A stretch of 64,000 nucleotides of DNA, taken from Candidatus Kerfeldbacteria bacterium (lineage in GTDB: Bacteria > Patescibacteriota > Patescibacteriia > UBA10025 > JAHIVO01). Shown piece after piece: positions 21,201 to 30,900 of the stretch (within the stretch, counting starts at the first letter, position 1; the number at the start of each line of letters is the position of its first letter). The stretch spans positions 212,584 through 276,583 of the forward strand of contig JACROE010000002.1 of NCBI GenBank assembly GCA_016214565.1. The letters are read 5' to 3'. The notes beneath the pieces were generated by a model, which saw nothing but the letters and a program-made list of their open reading frames with translations, made no database searches and was not told the DNA's origin. Both the position numbers and the translations under genes were made by a program.

Positions 21201-24097
21201 GGCGGCGAAGGATTTACCGTATCGCGGATAGTGACATCACAATAATACCCATCAGTCGTGTTGTAATTGCACACCACGTCCGGTGTGGCAGGAGTATTCA
21301 GCGGTGTGCAATACTGCGCGGTATTGGACCAAACTGATGATGCGCTCTCACCAATCACACCAGTCGAATTTTTCGATTGCGCCCGAAAATCGTAACACGT
21401 CGCCGCGCTTAAACCAGTAAGCGTTATTCCAGTTGCTCCCCCCCAGGTCGTATCAGTCGCCCACTGGGCAGTACCAAATCGCGTACTACCGCCAGCCGAA
21501 GAAAAGTATTGCCAGCTTCCGCCCTGAAATATCTGCATCGCATACTGGGTACTACTCGGATTCAGCCAGGGCGAGGTGGTGGGCGCATTCTGTGGAGTCG
21601 TATTCAATGCTATCTGAAAAGAAGTACTGGTGTTATTGGCGCTCGCGGGATTGCTCGGGGCAGATGGAGTACGCGCTCGAGTATAAATGTCCACGTAATT
21701 GGTAATGTCCGGATCATTAACCGTATTATTTCTTGTGTTCTGTGAAAAAGTTCCTGCCGCGTAGTATGCATTCGGCTTCAAATACGCAAACGCAGAATAC
21801 TCCCCTGAGGCGTAAAATGGCGTTAGTAACGGGATATTTATCCACTGATTGAACGTGAGGCAGCGAGCCTGACCGCCCGAGGATCCATTAGCTACCCAAT
21901 CGCGAGTGCCGATCACGCCATCAGGAAAATTCGTATAAACGGTACTATTAGCCGAGGGTGGATCATCAACGTACCGGATATCGGCAGTTGGCGAATAATT
22001 CCAGCTGGGAGAAAAAGCAAATGTGATTAAGCCAATACAATACCTGGTCGGCTCCGGATCAGAGGCAAAATACGATCGCTGATTGGTATATTCATCACCG
22101 ACCCCCGCCGCCGGCCAAATTTTAATCGATGACCACGTTTCAGAGGTTACCGAGGGTGGATGGATAGCCTTCGCCGCATATGTATAGTCATCTTGTACAT
22201 TACTATAATTTGAAATATAACTGCCGGGTGCCTCCAAACGCTGTACCCGGGCGCGATACCAGACGTGCTTATCTGAGTACTGTGTCAGACTCGTGCTGGT
22301 CTGCAGATTGTCAGTGATGGTACAAATACCCGTCGTGCCGGCTTTTGAAGTGGTAGTACAATTATAGGTAACACCCGTGGTACAAGTGCCCGACCCCCCC
22401 GTCGTCAACGTAGTACAGATTTCGGTCCACGGTCCAGTCGATGAGGTCAGCGACCGCTCCAGACGAAAATTCGTCTCATCATCAAAATCATCATCAATGT
22501 CTATCTCCAGAGTTGAAATACTACTGTCGGATTGGGGATCAACCCGGCTGATTACCGGACGCGGGAAATAAACGATCTCCAGCCAGGCGTACGGCTGGGT
22601 AAGCGGCGTTGTCTGCACCTCAGTACCGGTCCGCACACCCCAATTTGGTCCATAAAATATCTCACTGGGAATATCCAGCTGAAATTGAGTAAGCGCTAAA
22701 GCACCCACCAAACCCAGCGAACTTAATTCGACATCAATAATACGCGTGCAGTTTGCTGGGGCGGCAACACAGTTCTGAGTGGCGCTCGTTGGCAGTCCGG
22801 TGGTGTTAATCAACCCCTCATTGGTCATACTGGAGGTCAGCGCCCAGAGTGCGGAAGGATTGCTTACTGATGTCCATTTGTCCGCACCAGAATAGACCGT
22901 GACGTTATTCCCCTCGGTAAATGTTTGCTCGCCAGCCACGCCGCCAGTGCGGTACATATTGAGATACAATCGTGCTCCCTGGACCTGCGCATCATCAAAG
23001 CCTGACCCACCCGGCTGGTTCGCATCGCCCGTGTAGAAACTTAGGATTTGACGATACTCCCAGCGGGTATCCGGGCATGAGCTACAGCTCTGGGGCGGGC
23101 CCTGCGCTCGAGTCCCCGTCAGCCAATATGCACCAGTGGGCGTGCCATTAAAAGTATAAGTATGGACAACCGGAGACGATGGGTACGCATATGAATCCTG
23201 AAGCTGGCCGTACAATCCAAATGCCTGTGTGCCAAAATACGAATTATCAATAACCAGTGGATACCGGGCATGCGCCAGCCAATCCTCGCCACTCGGGCTG
23301 ATCACTTTCGATATTTCATATACTCGCTCATCAATCTGCGTGATGCGATAAGCAATGTCATAACTGGCCCCCGGATCGGTTTCTGCTAATTCATACATGA
23401 CGGGGGCAGGAGAAATAAAGACCACGTGCTTGGTTGTCGTATCATGAAAAGTAATCGAACCATCCGGTTCTAATTTTGGATACAAGCCGGTTAATACCAA
23501 CTGCTGGGTCAAGGACGGCAGTGTCGCAGCAGTCGTGGCTGAGTCCACAATCAGCTCCTCAATGAGCTTCCCTTTCCCCACTGAATACCGCGCATCAATG
23601 CCAGGATATATATCAGCATAGGTGACCTGGTCCCCGATCGCAGTCCAGACGCTATCCTGAGCACCTCGATAGGTAGTCTCGATCCGCCGTTTGCCATCCG
23701 GACTCTGGTACACAATAAAATTACTACTGCTAACATCATTTTTAAAATACGCTTTCTGAATATTGGTAGTATTTTCAAATGCATACTCGGGTTGCGCCGC
23801 GGGCACCAGCGCGGTATCAATCGGTGCATACTCTCCGGGGTTAGGCGTCAGGTATTGCACTGGCTCCGGAGAAAACATAACCGATGCAGTGCCGTCTTCA
23901 TGAAGTACGGGGTCACTTTTATAACTCACATATTCGAAACCAGACTGATCAAATATCGATTCAGGATTGACGGCGCTATGCTGCTGATCCTTAACCAGTA
24001 TGTGATACCAGCCTAATAAACCGGCCAAGCCAATACTACCGACCAGTGCGGCAATAAATAATATTCGTATAGTGATGTAATGAGAACGGGACATCAT
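12293..24097 (-). CDS. Giant (3934 aa) exported surface protein: N-terminal signal-anchor, FN3-like domains, two 7-bladed Trp-rich beta-propeller arrays, YWTD/NHL-like blades, Cys-rich linkers, beta-helix-like C-terminal region
   Basis: Single uninterrupted ORF. N-terminal TM (IRILFIAALVGSIGLAGLLGWY). FN3-type endings (CYDFRAQSKNSTGVIGESAS). Repeat arrays described separately. Start overlaps the upstream gene (ATGA). Confidence 0.9.
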   Translation of the reverse strand: MMSRSHYITIRILFIAALVGSIGLAGLLGWYHILVKDQQHSAVNPESIFDQSGFEYVSYKSDPVLHEDGTASVMFSPEPVQYLTPNPGEYAPIDTALVPAAQPEYAFENTTNIQKAYFKNDVSSSNFIVYQSPDGKRRIETTYRGAQDSVWTAIGDQVTYADIYPGIDARYSVGKGKLIEELIVDSATTAATLPSLTQQLVLTGLYPKLEPDGSITFHDTTTKHVVFISPAPVMYELAETDPGASYDIAYRITQIDERVYEISKVISPSGEDWLAHARYPLVIDNSYFGTQAFGLYGQLQDSYAYPSSPVVHTYTFNGTPTGAYWLTGTRAQGPPQSCSSCPDTRWEYRQILSFYTGDANQPGGSGFDDAQVQGARLYLNMYRTGGVAGEQTFTEGNNVTVYSGADKWTSVSNPSALWALTSSMTNEGLINTTGLPTSATQNCVAAPANCTRIIDVELSSLGLVGALALTQFQLDIPSEIFYGPNWGVRTGTEVQTTPLTQPYAWLEIVYFPRPVISRVDPQSDSSISTLEIDIDDDFDDETNFRLERSLTSSTGPWTEICTTLTTGGSGTCTTGVTYNCTTTSKAGTTGICTITDNLQTSTSLTQYSDKHVWYRARVQRLEAPGSYISNYSNVQDDYTYAAKAIHPPSVTSETWSSIKIWPAAGVGDEYTNQRSYFASDPEPTRYCIGLITFAFSPSWNYSPTADIRYVDDPPSANSTVYTNFPDGVIGTRDWVANGSSGGQARCLTFNQWINIPLLTPFYASGEYSAFAYLKPNAYYAAGTFSQNTRNNTVNDPDITNYVDIYTRARTPSAPSNPASANNTSTSFQIALNTTPQNAPTTSPWLNPSSTQYAMQIFQGGSWQYFSSAGGSTRFGTAQWATDTTWGGATGITLTGLSAATCYDFRAQSKNSTGVIGESASSVWSNTAQYCTPLNTPATPDVVCNYNTTDGYYCDVTIRDTVNPSPPYFYKVQRSYDGASAWTDVQGYIPGGALGTYNAQNWSQTFQNGQTVRFKNLSCTNATNTRLYFRVYASMTGNNASTTNSAASAVKDDTLPPCAPSAPVLCSILVCNPNKGHNYIKWDWTAPYTRDTEGLYQVDFQSSILYPNITPAGNDPWTQSNLSPNQQYTVTVRGCDNGNASNGNVERCGQWSGSGGPVRTYAAQPNVTVACNHVDGVDDDTDDYYCAVTITEQSPENPSDTTSYRVSYCTRPFADDCEGGTWTALPWETKRWIGSTVKTFNDNIINSWVACSLSHTYQYYKVEVRNSSSEVTPLLLFIPPSDTLPPCEITYQTPNHDSQTTNSLRWLWNAPVGGAPVVDYTGTYNQYCRSTPLAFNTAGTNYIHSSNDGNAGTSDANQRCTISVRARDSRGRLGRSNPLTGSIGAYTSIETVGSISFTDVQTNQISVMANSSGSTFNNLTTPNSGISFENNPSAPGGGGEAGFSNHTTQYITSNSVTDSGLSANRNYCYQARSANADRLVNGTGDINSFVPGAGVTCRYTLAAIPAAPILVRAESGTSANVTVRTTDGNPQGGAGIPETQYALCVTKYDSNGNVEYERYARTDGSIDMSGGNFQCASGDSSGIWATYSQWGSNNGIDVALDPSSKYDFAMKARNGDGPTIVASGCVAGNTCIETSFGPKATLFLVRNNIVGWAWSSNLGWISTNCLNLYNLTGFGFSCGTSEDWGVNTMFEETRDVNPVTGYAWSSSGRSIPEEQWSTVETVNTNKPAQTNSANSSDKNIVIDAFGRVHRVWAEAWPSAGNTKDIFYQRWNGREWVTAAGALGADNISQTSLDSMQPTLVFDENANPHIAWAEKVAGISDYYHIWYLRWNPEAQNGFGAWVAPTGTVYRPGTTNATNEKIDVSTNVITGNLDDLYPSIAIDALNQAHIAFKKSKVGGTYDVYYTEWGGADWVRPNGGPDFDDIANTTSTDHQPSLAVDPTTGYPYVVWGDAANQVLYRYWNGSAWSAEVAVNGATTGVKSPKIVLDRNVTPHIAWATTSGARYITWNGSAWAAADGTVPADTSATYNPGVGGNVSAIDLKVDRQRHPHVMGYESGNPQIIRYRNYDPAANSGAGAWITTSGAYGGGNNDANLEAARRTGFDIRGLAFDIDGEGDPYLLWSESDGLTPNDWNVHYRFWDAGYGEAGVGWITFNTNVCANNTQQACADSFDCKGATCVESAGTPPQTTDWAASWNDVKQPRPGFLHKFAYDSVTAGGPYYWITLGTDWSNSPANADHGVLKVRVSDMTTVGYVDLKAIGGLRPLDAAFDGTAVWVTAYGTNQVYRINPTTLAVEATINLVSCADAHDTDPQCNPEGIDYDPTSGDIYVINQEAGGGGAGGNWWGSISRIDPATNTEVHCDTGLPAGGAPRRCGRCSNSAYATEAACIAVAGTHWGTGRRPVDANIDVTTHSLWTGHVYETSIARLDLNTGTIQSIPLPSGYAFAYYDVVRVNASLYVPLTASSSHPRGQFGIGAVMIIDPVAGSIIDTIEFDHPQYPQGIAYDGRYLWMTAHTGLGNCNNDATILCSAQGSEGTCAIGGAVCDFDYQCSGAGNYCQRAACSSVGGGCSNSQARIFQYEASTMTLVNSYKVSSRDYVMGSQIMYRNNAIWTVTTSGLLSGGGNLVKVAQATSSGHGYGYCYDQAGSSGQRYGVCSDGIGACVADTDCLAGESCVFETCATQSDCPDYAPTGADEQCKAIATASFSGITREVTGWARIMSLKSEGEALGYDDWGWIRLGGTYDDGATRSGRYTLSGTEIDSQQFLGDPDVNPTDVSLYTLFGWGWQASLIPQTHNNSVWLPHVRVTASGRAASDQGDNYGSPSLVVDSIGDPHMAWSEYNSTNNSYQIYYARLKAGEWETANGTAYVPGTTDPQSSRLNVSNINGVDAFWPSLQLSGDRPYIVWQQGGTYDQNGEVFFSYYDDAGGNWTTPEKIDNGGMPDLALDAGSNPHVVYRFGNGNTAEVYYRWKSGGVWIDPDGGVDDIQVSNSLAGSIPEWFPKLTVTQSTPAIPHIVWVNGAQINYRTWNGVNWVTASGQTNTTNLQVNAGVDALDEIVTINGQDPDIALTSAGRPGIVWRDPQFVLYRTWNGTNWVTVSGSTAMTNILVNGVVTGETQRHAQMGGAPTLAIDADDQPHITWADDTEPPAVPDVRYRYWDQESNGGQGAWVTATGDYGIEGGMQNYDDPQLTAGVTADSSTSPSLALDRNANPHIAWNELHYSATACNPANGDADCGGEDPVCLEVSTAPGTYRCASSNVLYTKLSGGAILSGVGWIEFIPASALLGIPYIRTSFGDVYSGENVTLAPPPAGSSQYTATYLIQANGDIQGIPGNYASSQTGLPTSQLQEPGLNPLVTGAGLPFGEKVLSRLDIDSLITDVGGAKNRFGHDLNVLTAGDLANGSRLGTAPVLNGEVYYVNGNAVINSAMTITKGAGGTTGNGLIVIDGDLEINAAITYDNTALTDLSEMPSAAFIVRGNITVNSLVDTLAGVYVAIDRDPDDGVASGIISTGRKNPVAYTVAVSPDDTTVLSTGANTPTSTTASFGVNASGQAIRTFLRYQMPDVPAGAEIRRAYLRFDSTGLTSGGDFTGRIYLMDSNNVGGVNFTNTPNLPLFDSVVSNSVTYDTTAWNTVDSHDSPDITSLVKRFLNDEAYAPTNYIGLVLHEGQATTNQFKTFASQDHLSLAAPVLVIEYAPQRTIYTLADVAADPFDDDAAAWGTGGSWSSNSPCQSVGWYLNNPNRVYLRFAPQSGFTQVPDNAQIVESHLRVQGNDCNSSSAPFELRQGLLEADDMPVIGANPFEYAMTQDVSEVAEDVAAGAWGTGSVHWLTDSTSLIQSWIDRAGYTVGNHIGIRLRRGGNETFAALNETRPINPATSQLHIDYQTPLYVSGLFIASGYNFDRTYTKNLEGAEQIVYDGRVVANTPPGLADFTRALPLYQRVVP
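14432..15655 (-). repeat. Protein-level tandem repeat array 2: second set of seven blades with the same Trp-rich consensus
   Basis: Residues approx. 2815-3222. Examples are DPHMAWSEYNSTNNSYQIYYARLKAGEW, PHIVWVNGAQINYRTWNGVNW, PGIVWRDPQFVLYRTWNGTNW and PHITWADD...VRYRYWDQ. Confidence 0.7.
17642..18886 (-). repeat. Protein-level tandem repeat array 1: seven approx. 55-aa Trp-rich blades (consensus PS-hA-hD-x3-PHIAW-x8-12-hYY-x-W-NG-x-W)
   Basis: Residues approx. 1738-2152 of the giant protein. Examples are PHIAWAEKVAGISDYYHIWYLRWNPEAQNGFGAW, AHIAFKKSKVGGTYDVYYTEWGGADW and YPYVVWGDAANQVLYRYWNGSAW. Confidence 0.7.
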
Positions 24098-25566
24098 TGG
24101 GGTAGCGGATAACTAATCTCCAGATGGGGTTCAACGGTCGGAACATTCCCAATCACGTATGCTCCGGAAAATTTTCCATCAGTCACTGGAACAGCCGTGG
24201 TTGTCAATGCAATACTCAGCAGTAGGTGAACCCGAGCGCCAGCAATCACTGATTCGGAAAGCGGCACTGATGTTATACACGCCGCACTATCGGTCCGACA
24301 GATTGTGGTTGTTTTCGGATTGTCTGTCGGGAATGCCGCCAAGCTAATCCGGTCAAGCAATGTACCTCCAGTCGAAGCAAGTCGAGTAACTATACTAGGC
24401 AAGACTTGATCATATACACTCGCAATCGGTTGAATTGTCGCATCTGATAGAGGCGCCTCTTCACTGCTGACCTGACCGGATTGATGCAGCCCCAGTACCA
24501 GTCGGACAAGGGGTGCTCCCTCACCAGCAAACGTGTTGAGCGCATCACCAACATTAACGAATGAGAGTAAACTGACAAATGAAAGTGATGGTGCAGCACG
24601 CAGTAACCCATTGTCATCGGGTAACCGATAAGCACCAATTTTATATTTTTGTGCACGTGTATCTAATTGCGGCGCAGACGAATTAATGCGCCAAACTTGG
24701 CCAGTCACTGGCGTCGAGTACGGCGAACGATATTGATGTTCCAAAACAACTGGGCGGCTAACGAGCGATATCCATTCGGCTCCCGCCTCGCCCAGCGAAT
24801 ATTGAAGCGCGTCCTGCGCATAGGTAAGCCGCACATCGGTAGTCAATTCCCCTGACTGGAGATCAAGCTCCTCATCGGTCATAGGAATAAATAGCGTTGG
24901 TGAGATCGTAGAAAAAACAAGCTCGTGAGTATCGGCATCCTGCAACATGCCCTGTGCATCTCCCAGTCTACCCCAGGATAATCCATTCAGGGCTAATCGT
25001 GGCTGCCAGGACCATGTCTCAACGGTAGGATTATGAAATATTGTCTGTTCAATCAAAACATCATGGTCAAGGCGAAACTCAACATCAGTTTCTGGAGCGA
25101 CCCCCTGATAGCGCACGACTGCGTCACTCAGCTCCCAAGCGCCAGCTTGAGCCTGAGGATATTGGATAGTGAAAGATCGCCCTTCGGTAACCTCAACCGT
25201 CACTGATGGCACTCCTTGATCGATCCAAAAACGCGTAGAAAAAATATTAGCAGTATTCACAAAACCACCCTCTGATTCAATCCAGGACGAGTCAATAGGC
25301 ACTAGCGACCCTTCAGTTGTACGGTATTGCATAGCAAATGGATACACGGATCGTATAAATGTGCCTGAGGAACTCTCTTGATCAATATAATTCTTCCCGG
25401 CCTCCAGCATCGTGTGATCCAAAATAATAGCCTGGGATGACTGAGCATTATTCAATGCTCCATCATATAGCAAATAATACCAACCGATGAAGCCGAGTAA
25501 AAGCACAGCCAGAACTATCAGAAAAACGTAGTGTATTTTAGAAAATGAAATCATAATCCGCGACAC
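24094..25566 (-). CDS. Exported hypothetical protein (490 aa) with N-terminal signal-anchor, sharing an N-terminal domain pattern with the giant protein
   Basis: TM IHYVFLIVLAVLLLGFIGWYYLL. The stop overlaps the giant-gene start (ATGA). The start overlaps the 791-aa gene by 16 nt. Confidence 0.7.
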   Translation of the reverse strand: MSRIMISFSKIHYVFLIVLAVLLLGFIGWYYLLYDGALNNAQSSQAIILDHTMLEAGKNYIDQESSSGTFIRSVYPFAMQYRTTEGSLVPIDSSWIESEGGFVNTANIFSTRFWIDQGVPSVTVEVTEGRSFTIQYPQAQAGAWELSDAVVRYQGVAPETDVEFRLDHDVLIEQTIFHNPTVETWSWQPRLALNGLSWGRLGDAQGMLQDADTHELVFSTISPTLFIPMTDEELDLQSGELTTDVRLTYAQDALQYSLGEAGAEWISLVSRPVVLEHQYRSPYSTPVTGQVWRINSSAPQLDTRAQKYKIGAYRLPDDNGLLRAAPSLSFVSLLSFVNVGDALNTFAGEGAPLVRLVLGLHQSGQVSSEEAPLSDATIQPIASVYDQVLPSIVTRLASTGGTLLDRISLAAFPTDNPKTTTICRTDSAACITSVPLSESVIAGARVHLLLSIALTTTAVPVTDGKFSGAYVIGNVPTVEPHLEISYPLPQ

Positions 25567-27926
25567 GTTATCTGGCTAATTTTGCTATTACTATCCAGGG
25601 TAACACTGGCGACAAACTGACCATCAGGACAATCGGCAATACCGCCAGTTACGGGCACCGACGCGGTTAGACTTGACCAGGTATTACCGACCGTTTCAAT
25701 GTCTGCCCCTATCCGTAGGTCACCTGATGCGCAGGCACCACCCGCCAAATCACTACAGGCACCATTATTGGTACACGGTCGATTATAGTATACCGCTCCC
25801 CCCGCTTTACAATAACCATTTTTCAGGGTCAATGATCCGGAGATGCGCATATGTCCTGCCTGCGTCTGATTGATGACGCTGCATGTTTCTGCTGTCGGAC
25901 AATGCCAATCATACAGACACTGCCGGGTTGTCGTGATTGAACACGTGCCTGTGGTATGAGCAAATTGGACGACAGTACTGAGATCCGGATGGTCAGTCGT
26001 ACCGGTTATAAAAACTTTCGTCAGCTTTAGAGGGCGAGTGCCACCCGCATTACAATTTGCATCGCAGGCTGAGAGCGACCAGAGATTGGCTCCATCAAAA
26101 ACTAATGATGAATCCCAATAATTGGTCGAGAGTACCTCCCCAAATTCTTTCATCTCATCAGTTGCCACAGAAATCCGCAGCAGGCTCGCTTTGTTAATCC
26201 CACCCTGGGTACCCGCTAACCAGAGATACTGCCCATCGAATTCCATGGCCACTCGATAGGATGCTAATTCCTTTGGATACCCTGCCATAATCATACCATC
26301 GGACACGCGAACTTTTGAAATTGATTTCGGACCAGCGACGCTACTATTTGATATGACCCACATATAGATCCCATCAAAATACATTTTCCACGGATTAGCT
26401 ACGCCTGTTGCGTAGCGTGCCGTCACCGCGCCTGTGGCTGGATCTATTTTAATTAAATTATTCGGATTCAATCGGCATGATCCTGATACGCACGAAGCAT
26501 CAACCCGACACGAATCAAAAGTTGTCGGCGCGGTCGAGCCGCACAGCGCCGGAGTGATTACCCATATAGCATTATCGCCAAAAGTGATATCAGCCGGCTT
26601 CATAAAGAAGCCATCACTATTGAGGCGATTCAGGTTCGTGCCGGTGCCATGCGTCCCAATCGGATACGTTCCAATCACTTGGCAATTACGATCAACCTTA
26701 CTCACATCTCCACCCAGCCAATTAGCCGTCCAAATATATGGCTCGCCTGCTTCGGTAGCGATGGTCATCCGGGCTGGGTTGTCACCCCAGGTAGCGCCAT
26801 TCGGCCGACTTGAGTCAGAGGTGACACAGCGAGCGATCGTTTGCCCACTATGCGGATCAAACTTGAGTACAGAATTATCGCCCGTGCCGGTGCTTGTTAT
26901 CCAGAGATACTGCCCGTCATACTCCATAGCGCTGGGTGTGGCAGCGGCGCCCTGAACACGATAGCTGGCAATCCGCGCACCATCAGAGACACGAATCTTG
27001 AATACATTATTACCCGCGGCATCAGGCATAATATTACTGGCCCACACATACGCCCCATCAAATGCGAGACTGGGTTGATAGGCACCCTGGATAGCTCCAT
27101 CTGAAACAGAATAATAACCAATCCGCTTCGCCTGCACAAAAGGTATGCGCGAGGATTGGATATACGTCGCCACAAATCGATCGGCAATCAATTCGGCTCT
27201 GGCGCCCAAACGACCATTAAAATACCCTGCCCACCCGTCAGCGGTATTAGTTCCCGCTACCGCTGGTGCCGTAAGCGATTGAGTCGTCGCATATATACCA
27301 GTACCGCTGACGCTTTCACCGCGCACACCGACATTTGCCGAGCTTTCACCGCGGATCGCCCAACCCGTGGGCATATCAATAATGCCATAGATGCCGGCTT
27401 GACCAGTGGCTCCCGCGTCACCATAAATACCAACACTATCAACGCTATAGGCACGAACTGCCGATCCTGATGTCGGCGTATTTACATCTCCAATTTGCAC
27501 CGTCCCCTCATCAACCACTACCCGATACCCAGCGGCCGGAGTCAGAGTACCAATGCCCAGCCAATTTACTAATGCATCAACAAATAGCGTATCGGTATCA
27601 ACAGTCAGTTTATCAGCAAAGACCGACGGTGTGGCTAGGTGTATTCCAGTACCGCGCACATCAAGAGCGCGTAATGGATCAAAATTAAGCGACGTCTGTT
27701 CGTTCGGATTATAGCTCGGGTCAAGCAGCAGATCGCCAGCCTTCGCCTGATTTTCAGCACCCGTCGTCAGTGGTGCCGGGAATTCTTGTTGTGGCGGGGG
27801 AATCGACGGCTCGCGCCACTCAGCACCGACAGGCGTGCTCCACAACAAACCAAAGCTCAGCATTAAAATAACCACGCCCAAAAGGCTATACAACTGAGTT
27901 TGATTCTTTTTAAATAAATTACCCAT
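25551..27926 (-). CDS. Large exported protein, paralog A (791 aa): conserved N-module, GxYG/GxRG Gly-rich repeats, YWTD/NHL-like beta-propeller blades, C-terminal Cys-loop
   Basis: N-terminal TM, then PPPQQ...QAKAGDLLLDP...LTVDTDTLFVD. Blades include FDGAYVWASN...VFKIRVSDG, YDGQYLWITS...VLKFDPHSG, FDGIYMWVIS, FDGQYLWLAG and FDGANLW. Ends CPDGQFVASVTLDSNSKISQITCRGL. Confidence 0.85.
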   Translation of the reverse strand: MGNLFKKNQTQLYSLLGVVILMLSFGLLWSTPVGAEWREPSIPPPQQEFPAPLTTGAENQAKAGDLLLDPSYNPNEQTSLNFDPLRALDVRGTGIHLATPSVFADKLTVDTDTLFVDALVNWLGIGTLTPAAGYRVVVDEGTVQIGDVNTPTSGSAVRAYSVDSVGIYGDAGATGQAGIYGIIDMPTGWAIRGESSANVGVRGESVSGTGIYATTQSLTAPAVAGTNTADGWAGYFNGRLGARAELIADRFVATYIQSSRIPFVQAKRIGYYSVSDGAIQGAYQPSLAFDGAYVWASNIMPDAAGNNVFKIRVSDGARIASYRVQGAAATPSAMEYDGQYLWITSTGTGDNSVLKFDPHSGQTIARCVTSDSSRPNGATWGDNPARMTIATEAGEPYIWTANWLGGDVSKVDRNCQVIGTYPIGTHGTGTNLNRLNSDGFFMKPADITFGDNAIWVITPALCGSTAPTTFDSCRVDASCVSGSCRLNPNNLIKIDPATGAVTARYATGVANPWKMYFDGIYMWVISNSSVAGPKSISKVRVSDGMIMAGYPKELASYRVAMEFDGQYLWLAGTQGGINKASLLRISVATDEMKEFGEVLSTNYWDSSLVFDGANLWSLSACDANCNAGGTRPLKLTKVFITGTTDHPDLSTVVQFAHTTGTCSITTTRQCLYDWHCPTAETCSVINQTQAGHMRISGSLTLKNGYCKAGGAVYYNRPCTNNGACSDLAGGACASGDLRIGADIETVGNTWSSLTASVPVTGGIADCPDGQFVASVTLDSNSKISQITCRGL

Positions 27927-27934
27927 GATAATGA

Positions 27935-30900
27935 TTATAATGGACGACAGTGTAGCGAATTAGTCGTAATATCAAATCCTTTTGCAAATTGTCCGTCCTG
28001 ACACGAAGTGGAAAACCCGCGTACGTCATCGCTGCTACCGCCCCACACATTTGCGATCACTTGAAAATCATTCGTCACAATCAATTCTCTTCCGATTGAC
28101 GCCTGGCCTGACGAAAAAATACTCCCCGCTTGATTACGACCCGGGATGGTCGTCTGAAGATTAGCTAAACCCTCAAGGTCGGGATGAGAAAACCCCGTGC
28201 CTGAAAAAAACTGATGCAAATTATATCCATCACAATTATTTGTCGTTTGGTTCACCCAGATGCTGCTTCCGTCAAAGGTAAGACTATTCGGATTGCAGTA
28301 GTACCCATATTGAGTGCCATCAAGGTACTGGCTGGTACCGGCATTGATCCGATTCAGGTAGGCGGCATTCTCACGAACTGACTCATCAATATCAGAAGCG
28401 CTGGAACACTCCGGATCAGGACGCCCGCTGCAACCCGGCGATCCAGGGGCACCATCATAGTCACACAATCCATTCCCATCATTATCCACCCGATCAGCGC
28501 ACTCAATATCAGTGGTGGTGCCATAGTAATCACTACTATCGGTCTCATGGGCATCATCGACTGAGGCACATTTCGTATCTGCCGGGAGAGCGCCGCAACC
28601 CCGATCACATTGCCCGTTGCCATCATTATCGATACCATCCTCGCACTCACGTGTGTAGTTCGCCCGCTCCTGGACTGCCCAGATGTGCGTCCCGTCAAAA
28701 GTGAGGGCACTCACATTATTAGCCGTGGCACTACATGTCCCTCCGCCCGTACATTGGCTTGTCGCCGTGCAAAAAAGATTCGCCCGAGTCCCACCTGAAC
28801 AGCGACCTGGTATATTCATCGTCGGAATACGCGCCGCTACTGATCCATCACTGATGCGTACTTTATATACGCTGTTACCATCCGTATCTCGATTCCGCGC
28901 ACCAAACCAAAGGTAGGTACCATCAAATAATATTGAATATAAATTATCGTCCACGTTATACGCGGTAGAAATCGCATAGGTACTCAATATAGCGCCTGTC
29001 GTGCGGTCAATCTTTGAGTAACTATTGCGTCCTGCGCTAGTGGCAGTTTTCCGTGTCACCCAGATATATTCGCCATCGAAGGCAAGATATTTTGGCCCAT
29101 TAGCCACGGCAAAGGAACTCGCCGTGCAATTCGATCCACTACAGCTAATGGGGTCAATTCGTTTCAGGGTATTGGTACTATCATCACTGATCCAGAGGTA
29201 TTGCCCATCAAAGATCATATCATTACCATCTTCATTTGAGCTGGTAGTGTAATCATAATCACCGATCAGTACGCCATCGCTCGCGCGGATTTGCGCCAGC
29301 TCAGTATTTGATCCGCCGGCGCTGCCATGCGTTACCCAGATTGACTGTCCATCAAACGCTAAGTATGACGGATAGTAGCCGCTGAAGTAATCGCCGACCT
29401 TCTGTCCGTCGCTGGCACGGTACTTACTAATAGTATTCCCGGCGTTATTTGATGACCAAAGATAAGTGCCGTCATACAGGGTATCCTGAGAAAATGAACC
29501 CTTGGGGATGTAGGTGATCGTCGTATACGGCGCATCAATCATATTGCGACTGATTGAGCTGGCTACCCCGTGGCTGCCCCAAACATAATCAACCGGTCCT
29601 GATTCGCGATCAAAATCAAAGTCTGCCATTCCATCGGGGACTTCGTAGCTATGGACGATCGTTCCGGTGGTATTTATTTTGAAAAAATCATAATAATTAT
29701 GCGCCCATACATACGGACCGCCCGATGATGTATCGTCATATTCTACCTTTTCAAGATTAGTAGTCACTGACGCGTAATTGGTGAATGTCTCAGTGGTCGG
29801 ATTAAAACTCGCCAATCCTTCATTGCCCTGATACTTGCTGTAATGAGATGACTTCCCTATCCATACTTTCCCGTCGCCCCAAGCCAATGCGTGCGGTTCG
29901 CTGGCCGGACCAGGACAATATACTTTTTGTAGCGCGGTATTAGTCGGGTCAGCTGCAGAGAATTTAGCAATTCCTTCACCACGGTAGAGTAACGTGGGTG
30001 TCATCGAATCTAGTCCGTCAAATGCTACCCAAATAGTGGGGCTGGATGGGTCGGTAGTATTTGGCTGAAGCGTGATACCGTGGATAGCATTGACCGACGC
30101 CATAACCAGCCGCTCATCACCAGCCGGATAGGCACCCGTAGGACTGGTGCCGGGTGCCTGGGTTTGATTGATACATTCTGTATCGCCAGGTGTCCACGTG
30201 CCACCATTAGCCTGACAGGTTGCTTGAGTCGTGTAGCTCGCGTTGCTGCAGATCCCGCTATCAATATTCCCATCCCCATCATTATCGAGCCGATCGGAGC
30301 AACGTTTCGGATCATAAGAAAGACACTGATCACCTGTGTTCGGTGCCAGTTTGAAATTGGTATAAGTCTGATCCGCAATGCGAAAACGGGAAATTGAATA
30401 ATCGCGGCTCAAACCCGCATCATTGATAGTCCATATATATGGTCCACCAATGGTGTATGGATCATAAATCAGATCAGTTGGACCGTCATCAGAGGCCGAC
30501 GCATGCGCGCCCACGGCATAATGGGTGGCTGTATGTGTCGGATCATTAGGATCAACGCGAGATATGCCGAGAGCGTCATCCCAATTATTGGCTACCCAGA
30601 TATACCCGCCGCCGAGTATCATCTCACTGGTACCATGAGCTTGTGTGCCGCTGCTGTTCTCTAGTATAAATTCTTCGCTAATAGCGCCGTTCGAAGGATC
30701 AAGCAGAAGAAAATAGGGTGAGTTGTCCCACGATTCACCAATTAATTGCCAAATCCAGGTTCCGTCAAAGAGCATAACAGACGGATCGACAATTTTGCTC
30801 GAAGCGAGATCTCGCAATTCTTGCCCAGCCGTATACGGAAATTGAGAATTCTGTAATCGATTTGGCATAAATCCGCGAGCATAGCTCTCCTGTGAACTAT

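Noticed and set aside
12340-24016. Dozens of 60-195-aa ORFs on both strands inside the giant-protein gene (e.g. 17489-18076 +, 18813-19343 +, 13189-13647 -)
   Set aside because: All are embedded within the single uninterrupted 11.8-kb reading frame. They have arbitrary composition (Arg/Cys/His-rich out-of-frame translations). The giant ORF has clear domain and repeat structure, so these are frame-shadow artefacts.
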